DNA from: Takakia lepidozioides
Taxonomy: Eukaryota; Plantae; Bryophyta
Assembly: GCA_030704615.1 (NCBI GenBank)
Contig: CM060734.1
Coordinates: 60,264,001 to 60,328,000 of the forward strand
Reading direction: 5' to 3'
DNA length: 64,000 nucleotides
The notes below the pieces were generated by a model, which was not told the DNA's origin, ran no database searches, and saw nothing but the letters and a program-made list of their open reading frames with translations. The position numbers were made by a program, and so were the translations under genes. Each line of letters begins with the position of its first letter. Position 1 is the stretch's first letter. Positions 27,683 to 37,399 of the stretch are shown piece by piece.

Positions 27683-27862
27683 TTACCTACCAAGACGAAA
27701 GCCAAACATGCCTCCCGTAGGTGGACGTATCAAACCAAAATAATTTATAAAATTTACATATTGATACAACAGTTTTACGTAGTAATAATCACTAAACCGA
27801 CTTGAATCTGAACGACGATTCAGATTTAGTCTGACTGAAATAGGATTTACTTTTTGCGCCAT
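27683..27862 (-). pseudogene. rps3: Mitochondrial rps3 5' fragment (NUMT)
   Basis: Translates [59 protein letters not shown], the plant mitochondrial S3 N-terminus. It lies directly downstream of rps19. Confidence 0.88.
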
Positions 27863-27865
27863 AGT

Positions 27866-28080
27866 TTACTGTCGTACTTTATTTTTTGGTTTGATTTTGG
27901 TTTTCGAGGGCGAGCCTCTCTTCCTAGAGGAAGAGGGTTTCGTGTACAAGCAAACTCTCCAAATTTATGACCAACCATTTCTTCATAATCTTTGAACCAA
28001 CAAAACCTTTTCTGTTGCAAATCAGTGCATAACAACCAACAAGTTGAGGGAGGACGGGCGACCATAGTTGGCCATACCCC
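27866..28080 (-). pseudogene. rps19: Mitochondrial rps19 fragment (NUMT), frameshifted
   Basis: PQLVGCYALICNRKGFVGSK / EEMVGHKFGEFACTR. The stop is 3 nt before the rps3 ATG, matching the mitochondrial rps19-rps3 order. Confidence 0.82.
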
Positions 28081-28656
28081 CATGAAGCTCAATGATGGTT
28101 GGGTTTGATTTTGATTTTTCTTTTCTTTTGGTTTTTTAAGAAAAGGGGATGGAAGCCCTTTAACTTTTCCTTTGAGTACTATGGATGGAGGTCCAGTAGG
28201 TCATATTAAAGAGGGCATGGAAAAAATAACCAAGCGAGGAAATGGGCAAGCCAACATTTGGACTGTCAAAATTACGTCGGACAAGTCTATCATCCAATAA
28301 ATAAGCACGGTGGTCCATGTCATCCTTGCATGCAAAAAAAAATTGAACCCATGGGATAAATTTTAAAACATATTCAGTGATTATCGTATTCTGTGTATGA
28401 ATTCATCCATGCAAACAGTGCTTCCGCCACTGCTATAACAGCAGGCAGTTGAAATAACTCATTGACGAACCTTCCAGTGTGAGATAACATGCAAATCTAG
28501 CCAAATATGTGAATATACTAGAAAATCACATTCTGCCCCAAGGATCCCACTAGAAGATGCAGGAAGAAGTCTCCTCAGCCAAAGGTTGTTGGGCCACCTA
28601 GTTCAGAGTAAATGTGACAAGGGGATGGAAAAGATGGAAGCTGCAGCTTAATTGAC

Positions 28657-29830
28657 ATGGTGATTGTCAAGATGATCTACTCAACTTTGCTAGAAATTCA
28701 CACCTTCAGCTTACAAGACATTCAGAATCAAGATCAAGACGATTGGCAATGGCCAATCAAATACTATCTGAACACAGGGAAATTTCCTGAAGACTACACC
28801 AAAGATGACAGGAGAAAGTTTTCAATGAAAAGCAAGCCATACTCAGTAATCAAGGGAATTCTGTACAAAAGAGGAATTGACTCCATAATGAGAAGATGTG
28901 TGAACAAAGAACAAGCCAAAACAATGATGCAAGAGCTAAACGAAGTAATTGCAGGAGGATACTTCAATTCGGACCTAACAGCAAAGAAGATATTATTAGC
29001 AAGTTACTGGTGGCCTACTGTATGGAGACACTCATGAACACTGTCAACAGTGTGATGTTTGCCAGAGGATGGGACCAGTAAAAACGCACTGGGTAGGGTA
29101 CTATACACCCAATACTACCAACAGAACCATCTCAAGCTGGGGCTAGACTTCGTGGGGCGCATTAAACCTCCAGCAGGTACACACAAAACCAATACCTCCT
29201 CACAGCCACTGACTACACTACAAATGGGTAGAGGCCAAGGCACAAAGAACAACCTGCCAGATCGACAACCAAATCTTATATGCAAACATCATCACACGAT
29301 TTGGTTGCCCCTAGAATTCGTAGTGATCAAGGATCCCATTTTATAAATGATGCCATAAAAAGCTTGACAGAGGAGTTCATGATCGTACATCACAAGAGTA
29401 CTGCTTACTATCCCCAAGGAAATGGCCAAGCCGAATCTACCAACAAAATATTATGCACTATCTTAACCAAGATAGTAAATGCCAATCATACAGATTGGGA
29501 CACACAATGAACACAACACTATGGGCATTCAAGACATTATACAAGGTGACCACGAAACATACACCATTTCAACTGGTGTATGGAGCAGAGGCACTATTAC
29601 CCATTGAATGTCATGATACCTACACTACACTACGAACCGGAACTCATGAACTGGGGTTTAGAGGAATCTTTACGAGTCAGGGAATATGAATTTTCCATCT
29701 AGAAGAAGTTTGGGCAGACGCCGCAGATACATGGCACAATTCAAGAACAAACGAAGAAATGAATATCCAAAGGGAAAGAAAAATCTTTCCATGACGGGGA
29801 CATTGTTTATTTTACAAAAATCAACATTGA
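28657..29830 (+). mobile_element. Decayed Ty3/gypsy integrase fragment (non-chromovirus-like)
   Basis: YWWPT, LGLDFVG, IRSDQGSHF, STAYYPQGNGQAESTNKIL and TPFQLVYG are spread over several frames. Confidence 0.88.
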
Positions 29831-29849
29831 AGGCTGAGGGGTGAGGAGT

Positions 29850-31594
29850 GGGCGGGCCCGGCACCAGCCTGCATTGATACTGACTGCGTCCCTATGGCAG
29901 ATCGGGTCCGGCTGCAACCATGTCTGATTGCACAAACTTGTGTCGCTCCTGCTCCTCTGCTCCAGTACACAGGCAACCACGAGCGGGGGTTCATTAGCCA
30001 TTACAAGTTTGTTCTGCTTCAAGGAGATGCAGTCATTCGCAATGAGACAAACCCCAACCGTCTCAAGCTTTCGAGTGAGAGAACTATCAGACCTACCTTG
30101 TTTTCTTTAGTGTTCAGTGAGCGGGAGATAGGGAGTATTGCTTTGTTTCGACCTGGTAGAAAGAGGAGGACCGGGCACGAGGTGCAGGCCAAAGACGCGG
30201 AGGTCAGGGTGTTGACCAAGGCATGGCCAACCTTTTTCAGCAGCTAGAGCAGAGGCTCGTTGCCATGGCTTACAGCTCAGGCGTGTACCCAGACTCCCAG
30301 GCGGGATGGGTCACCTCCTGCTCTCTGAGGGAGGAGATTGGGGAGGCATGGATTCATGTGCGGGAGCAGCGCTACCACTAGAGCAGGTGGAGTTTGCTGC
30401 AGCCCGTGACCCGAGGCGCAATCACGAGTTCCTGAGCCACGAGGTGCAGAGGTGGAATTGGATCCACAGTGTGGGGAGGCAAGCCGTCAGGCGAGGCTTC
30501 CTCAGTCATTCACATTGCGGAGACTGTGTCGACGCCATCCCAATGGCAACCTAGTTCTCTCGCCGACTGTTACCCGAGGTGGAGGTTACTATGTATTGGG
30601 GAGACTACATCAAACACTGCACCCTGACACCCCTGCTACTAATGCTAGTGCATCTGGTGTGTTATTGGGGGCAGCCACCTTTGTGTGTCAAGCCCACTGT
30701 TCTTGGCAACCATGATTGTGAAACCCCGGGGTAAGACCAGCTGCAGTGTTCAGACAGTAGCAACACTTCACGAGAGTGGGGAGGTCACTTCATCTCTTCT
30801 GCGGGAGTTAGTGGAAGGTGTAGTGGCAGAAAGATCCTCGGATTTGGGTCAAAGACTGCCACGGCGACGGCTTGCGCCCTGGCAAGCTGAGCTGCCAGAT
30901 TGACGGCGCTGCACTATGCCAAGCCTTTGAGCGCGCCATGGTGACACCATGGAGTGTGTCTGTTAGACAACCAGGGAGGCATTTTTTCATTGATTGGACC
31001 GGCAGGCAAGAGGTAACCGGGCTCCTTCGGGTCTTGTTTGGACCTCGGGAGCTCAGCATTGATGTTGGGCGAGCTGCTATCACAGGTTTGGGGGCCTCAT
31101 GAAGGCGGATATAGGAGCTTGTCCTTTCCAGATACGACATCTTTGGGATGATCAGAGCAGTCTCGGGGCATTACGACTGCGTTTGTTTGGCCATCAGACT
31201 GGCAGCCGGATCATCCTAGAGATGGCGAAGAGTGAGCGAGCCAGGTCATTGTGACAAGACGCGGTCCTCTTATACGATGTCCTCGTTGGTGGGGCATGTT
31301 ATACCCATGGGCTTCACCCTGGGACTTTGGGAGGAGTCCATTCTATCAAAGGCCTGGATGCAGTCAGGGAATGGTCATCGTGCACAGCCCCTGTTAACAT
31401 TCATTGGGGGTATTGCGGCGACCCAGCGGGGCAGAATGCCAACACTAGCCTTTTACAGCTGGTCAGTTAGTTGCCTGAGTTGCTGGAATGCATGCCCATC
31501 AGAGGATGTGCCCACCTCCGCAAGCAGGATGACAATGCAATGTTCCGGTGGAGTTGTCCTGCCATGGTTGTGCTCACACGCGATTGTGGGGTAA
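29850..31594 (+). mobile_element. Heavily decayed gag-protease portion of the DNMT-carrying Ty3/gypsy family, cut at 31594 by a younger copy
   Basis: GGMDSCAGAALPLEQVEFAA, ELDPQCGEASRQARLPQSFTL, FERAMVTP and PMGFTLGLWEES match 37100-38700. It stops just before the methyltransferase domain. Confidence 0.88.
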
Positions 31595-32300
31595 TGTCGT
31601 GCGCATACATATCGCTACACAACTACATCGCTGTCCAAAACCACAACACACATGTGCACACCACACACTAGTATATACCACTAGTCTACCACTAGTCCAG
31701 CCACTAGTCCAACCACTAGGCTACAACTAGTCAGTCACTAGGCTGCCACTACGCTGCCCACTATGGCAGTCACTAGTCCACACAATGATAAAGAAGAAGA
31801 ATACAAGCACAAGCTCATGCGAGCTCACAAAGCTGAAGCATAAACTCATGCATATATAACTCATCACTCAAATACAAGTCAAGCCAAGTGCACCCCACGC
31901 CATGGGGAATCCACACTACGGCGCCATAGCTAGGCGCGGTGAGGCTCAACTCGAGAAAGATGAGCCTCCCGCTTTGCCGTGAAGATAACCACTCCAGGGC
32001 CTAAATCTGCCTTGACCCCTGGATTGACACTTGGGCCAATCCCAAATGTCAATATGTAAAAGCTAGCTATTTCCTAGCTAGTTTCACACTAGTGGTAAAA
32101 TAACTTGACAGCTGTCGTGCGCATACATATCGCTACACAACTACATCGCTGTCCAAAACCACACAACACATGTGCACACCACACACTAGTATACCACTAG
32201 TCTACCACTAGTCCAGCCACTAGTCCAACCACTAGGCTACAACTAGTCAGTCACTAGGCTGCCACTACGCTGCCCACTATGGCAGTCACTAGTCCACACA
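31595..32300 (-). repeat. 3' LTR region with A-B-A layout (A = 31595-31786 and 32113-32302)
   Basis: Two near-identical ~190-bp A segments containing ccactagt micro-repeats flank a ~325-bp hairpin-rich B segment. On the minus strand it starts TGTGTGG after PPT+AT and ends CGACA. Confidence 0.85.
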
Positions 32301-32560
32301 ATCGCCCCCCTAGCTGGTGCTTAGGTCCCTCTAAGTCCAGGTAGCCACAAGATGTGATAGTGACCATAGCCTCACTAAGTCCTCCACCACTATCCCTACT
32401 ACACTCAAACTCGATAGATCAAGAGGCCGGGTGCAAGAGTTGCCCCATCGTTAGTCGCCGTCTTGCAACCTGTGAACTTGAGCTTGGGATCTCATGTATT
32501 GACTCCTATGAGCTTGGCCTCCCATGTCTTGTTAGCTGCCTCCAGTCATGTCCACTGCCA

Positions 32561-32705
32561 CTATCCCAAGCAGTGTGGACACAACCAATCTCCGTCAGGA
32601 ACCTTCTCAAGAGGTGGTGTCAAGCATCCCATATGCCAACCCCTTGAGCATCGATCACACACCAGCATGGTGGCTGCCCCTTTGGCAGACCCACAGAGCA
32701 TGCAC
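32561..32705 (-). CDS. PHD finger at the integrase C-terminus
   Basis: CMLCGSAKGAATMLVCDRCSRGWHMGCLTPPLEKVPDGDWLCPHC fits Cys4-His-Cys3. The second copy (60282..60752) has it in frame with the integrase tail. Confidence 0.93.
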
Positions 32706-32749
32706 CTCAAACCTGCAGGTACCACTGCCAAGTTTGGGTCAACTCTCTG

Positions 32750-33830
32750 CCATCGACATTGGGAAGGTGACATGGCGCACAATTACGCACATGGTCCTTC
32801 CAAGTCATGCCATCCCGACCCTCCAAGATCAGGACCCCTGAGGGCAACACCTCTCGAACCCTCAGAATAACACGCCCTGCAGTAACATCCAGAGTCGTAG
32901 GAGCAGTCTGCTGCAAATAAACATAGTCACCAGGGCTAAACCTCCGAACCCCAGGACGATATCCTCCACCACGTATAGTGGCATACCTCAACGTATCACG
33001 GTGCTGTGCAATGGCAAGGTTCTCAAAAGCCATGGGCATGACTTTCTTGAACAACTCTGCACGCTGATCACATGCACGTACCCACACGTCCGGATCGTCA
33101 AGGTTAAGGACTTGAGCAGTGTCCCTACGAATGGCTGCAGGCAAATCCGGCTCTCGGCCAAAGAGAAGGAAATATGGTGAGAAGGAGGCAAGTGATGCTT
33201 GTTTGCTGAACCTGTAGCCCATGGCTAACCAAGGAACCTGAAGATCCCAATCTCCTAGGTGTCCCTTCTGCAAGCCATACTTGCGCAAACCCCTCTTCAC
33301 CGTCTGAACAACTCTCTCTGCTAAGCCATCGGCCTCAGGATGATCCCGAGAAGTGGTGCGGTGGTCTATCAAGGCTTTATCACACAAAAGCCTGAAACTC
33401 CCCCAAGAACTCTCTCCCTTGGTCCGTGAGTACCTCAGCTGGAGCACCAAATCGGCTAAGCACACGATCCAAGAATGCATACGCAGCCCCCTCACTAGCC
33501 TTGTCAGGCAATGGAACCAACTCAATCCACTTGGAGAAGTGCTCCACCATCACCAACACATATCTGTGGTGGCGCATAGTCAGTGGCAACGGTCCTGCGA
33601 AGTCAAGACTCCACCTGTAGCCCAATCCCATGATTGGTAAAGGATGCAACTGTGGTGTAGGGGCGTTGAATGAAGCACGCACCCTGTCACACACCATGCA
33701 CCTAGCCACAAACTGTTGCACCTCTGTATGCATACCACGCCACCAATACTGCCCCTGCAGTAAACTGTGAGTGCGTCGCACTCCAAAATGCCCCAACTCC
33801 TCATGGGCATGCCGCACTAACCGTGCACGC
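32750..33830 (-). CDS. DDE integrase (frameshifted)
   Basis: HAHEELGHFG...CMVC zinc finger; WSLDFAGP, LTDQGREF and DGLAERVVQTVK form the D,D,E triad. Confidence 0.93.
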
Positions 33831-34199
33831 TGTGTGGGTGAGGCACAATCCTCACCCGACCATCCTCCCACACTCGAAGTAGGTGTATCCCCTCCCACTT
33901 GAACCTCTTGGCTCGTTGCAGGATCCGATCCGATCCCTCTCCCTGGCAGTCACAATGGCTGCCGTGTCTCCCGTGCGGAGGTAGTCCAACACAGCCGAAT
34001 CCTCATGTATATCTCTGGCACCACCTAGCTCATCACTAGCCTCAGGGTCCTCAGACACTCCGTCTACAGTCATCCCTGTTGTAGGTCCAATCTGACCTCC
34101 CCCATGCCAAGATACACAAAAATGCAGATGCGTGCCATCCCGGCACCATCTCCTCGTCCGTCTCACCATGCCACCGAGCTCCAGTGTCATCCTGCTGGC

Positions 34200-35490
34200 T
34201 CATGCATGGATTGCGACTCAATCCATCCGCATCCCGATTGACCAAACCCGGTCGATGCACAACCTGAAAGTCATACTCCTGGAGTATAAGTGCCCACCGT
34301 GCAAGCTTCCCCGTAAGCTTGTCTGACTCCATCAACCACTTGAGTGGCTGGTGATCCGTGACAAGGGTGAAAAGATTGCCGTATAGATAGCACCTGAAGT
34401 GTGCCACGGCCCACACTGCAGCTAAGCACTCTCCCTCATATGAGCTGTACTTAGCCTCTGCAGCGTTGTTCGAGCGGCTAGCGTAAGCCACTACGAACTC
34501 TCTTCCCTCATCATCCACCTGTGTGAGCACCGCTCCAAGCCCCAGCATGCTCCAATCCGTATGCAGCTGAAAGGGACGCCCCCTGATAGGTCGTCTCAGA
34601 TAGGCGCCGAGGTCAACCTCGCCTTGAGCTCTTGAAAAGCTCGTTCCTGCTCATCTTCCCACTGCCACTCCTGGTCCACCTTGGTCAGCTTGGTTAGAGC
34701 CTTTGCAATGGTACTAAATCCCTTGACAAACCGTCTATAATAGTTTGCCAACCCCATGAAAGCTCGAACTCGGCTCACATCCGTGGGGCGTGGAATTTGT
34801 GCAATGGCCTCTACCTTAGTCTGCTGTACCCCCATCCTCCAGGATATATCATGTGACCCAGATACTCAATCTGGTTGTGGAAAAACTCACTTCCCCGGAT
34901 GCAACTTCAATCCGTGCGCTCTCAAGCGCTCCAATACCACCTGAAGGTGTCTCTCATGCTCCTCCATCGTAACACTAAAGATGATGATGTCATCTATGTA
35001 GCACCGAGCAAAGTCCACCCCTGCTAGAATCCTATCCATGACTCTCTGAAACTCTGCAGGAGCATTCTTAAGCCCAAATGGTAAGAACCGCCACTGATAT
35101 AGGCAATCCTTGCCGTGCTCATTGATCCCCCAGAATGCGTCTTCTGCTTGTCCGCCTCCTTGATTGGCAACTGGTGATATCCGGATCGTAAATCCAAAGT
35201 GCTAAAGGCCTTAGCATGCCCGATGGCATCAAAGATCTCCTCTGGTGTTGGCATGGCATACTTATCGGACTTGGTCTGACGATTTACAGGCCGGTAATCA
35301 CCGCACATACGTCTCTCCGTCCAATTGCCATAGACATCCTTCTTGGCTGGCATCACTGTGGCTGAAGCATACTCTCCACCAGAGAGCTCCACCAAACCTG
35401 CCTCCCAGAGATCTTGAGTCCTCATCTGAATCAAAGACCTCTCCATGTCACTGTATCTATAGGGTCTCCGAAAGATTGGCGTGTCAGTGG
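34200..35490 (-). CDS. Reverse transcriptase and RNase H (frameshifted)
   Basis: RT: RMCGDYRPVN, FSTLDLRSGYHQ, CYIDDIII (~34980-35003), RAFMGLANYYRRFV. RNase H: LHTDWS..GLGAVL, YEGECLAAVWAV, LVTDHQPL, NRDADGLSR. Confidence 0.94.
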
Positions 35491-36004
35491 CCAACTCATA
35501 TACGGATCTCTTGACCCTTCAGTGCTCCCAAGTCCTTCAAACTGAAGGCAAAGCAATTCCTGTAAGCCCTCAGGAACCGCCGTATACGTCGTCTCTCTCC
35601 TCCGGTGACAATGGGTCCAATGTCAGGCTCCCAATTGTCCTCCGTAACTACAACCTTAAGTCCAGTGGGCTTAGAGGTAGAGGAGCGTCGTCCGTGGTTG
35701 CTATGCGCAACCTCTTGAGCAGTACTCCCTGCCTGCTCAGTCAATGACAAGGCCTCATCCTGCCCCATCATCTCATCCTTGAGGACCTCCTCAACCCGAG
35801 AAGAATCCCCAACCTCATCCATCACAGCCGCCTGCTGGCTGCAACTCCCTCTGAACCTCGAGCACCTCCCACGTGTGCCATGGATGCATGCACCCCGTGG
35901 TCCTCACATGCTCGCCCCCACTCACTGCCTGTACCGTCTCGGTAGGCAGAGAGACCATTGAGGGAAGTGTATTCCGCACTCTGCGTTGCTCAGCCAGAGC
36001 CAAG

Positions 36005-36950
36005 CTGATAATCCAGGTCAAGCAATTGAGATCCATTGCTTGCCCCAACACTTGACGACGTGATGCCTCAGAAAGAGACGACACCGCCGTGGTACCAGTG
36101 GTAAAACCCATTGCCCGCTCACGCTCGTCAGCATTAGGCTCCACTAACTGCTGCAACTGAGCATCCCACAGGAGGCCAGGTCCACTATCCCGGAAAGCAT
36201 GCGATCCTGGGAAGCTGAGCAGTGTAGGTAATGCTGCTCGTGGTTGACCCACCTTGTTGACCACTGCCAAAGGCGAACGGTCATCGTGTCTCACACGTTG
36301 AGACTGCCTCCCTGTGTCCAGAATGTTATCCACTGTGAGATGTGCTGGCCGCTGCACCCCATCAAATGCACGCTTGAGCAGTGCGGGTGGCATCATGTTA
36401 GTCCACCATAGCCGTGGACGATGAGCCCGTGACCCCACTGTAGCTGCATCTAGCAACACTGCTGACCCAAGCCACGACCGGACTTGATGCACACTGGCCA
36501 TCACCCTGGCCCGAGAATCGCCCATCAGTGCACATTCTCCAAGATGTATGCTGGAGATACAGCTTGATGAAGCTGCAAGTGGCGCAAAACCCGCACCATC
36601 TCCCAAAACAGACCCGACCTCGAGTCTCGCAATCCATTGCCATGCCCGGCTGATGAATGCCCTTGGCAGGGCCAACCTGCCACTACCAGATCAATGGAGC
36701 CAACCCGCTCCAAATCCTGCGCCCCCAGCAACGAAATGTCTGCTGGCAAGGCCTGCTGATATCCACGAATTGCAGACACCGACAACAACTCAGGGTACCG
36801 CTGCACCAACTGAGCAACATGGCGAAGTGAAACGCGTCGTGCAGTCTCATCCCTCTCCACATACAGGTAACGCCGAACTCGTACACCTGCCTGTAACACA
36901 GCAGCCAATCCGGTGCTGATCCCGCCAAACAAGTCCAGAAGACAAATGCC
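36005..36950 (-). CDS. DNMT3-like DNA (cytosine-5) methyltransferase domain inside pol
   Basis: Motif I LLDLFGGISTG, II YVERD, IV IDLVVAGWPCQG (catalytic PC), VI YILENV, VIII DAATVGSRAHRPRLWWTN, IX ERERAMGF, X RRQVLGQAMD. One 1-nt deletion follows ENV (~36529). Confidence 0.92.
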
Positions 36951-37399
36951 TTCATCCGGAGACTGCCACACAATAGGTGTGGTGTCCAATGGAGACAATT
37001 GAGGTGGTCCTGGTGCAATCCCCACACTCTCCTCCTCTCCTGACGGTACAAAAGCCTCCACCCAGGCTTGTTGCACCCGTCGATCAGCATCCCGCTGCAA
37101 ATCCTTGCTCGTGCCCCACAATGGAGTCTGAGCAACCATGGTAGGCAACTCCGCCATACCATACATGTCATCCTGCTCTCCCCGAGGTGGTACATCCTCT
37201 GAATGAGCATTGCCCTCAAGCAACTCTCTAGGCCAACTCACTGCCGCGGTGAATGCTGCTAGTGTCGGCATCTTGCCTCGCTGGGCAACCGCAACTCCTC
37301 CTATGAACGTCACAGGGAGCTGCACACGCCGGCCCTCCCCTGACTGCCATGCAGGCCTATAGGAAGCTGACTCCTCCCAAAAATCCAGGGTGAAGCCCA

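Noticed and set aside
31875-32112. Hammerhead ribozyme (retrozyme) in the LTR
   Set aside because: I found no CUGANGA...GAAA core in a suitable stem context on either strand.
36005-36950. Host DNMT3/DRM gene, or a bacterial restriction-modification contaminant
   Set aside because: The domain is intron-less, continuous with protease and RT, and present at the same position in a second TE copy. There is no restriction enzyme or bacterial context.
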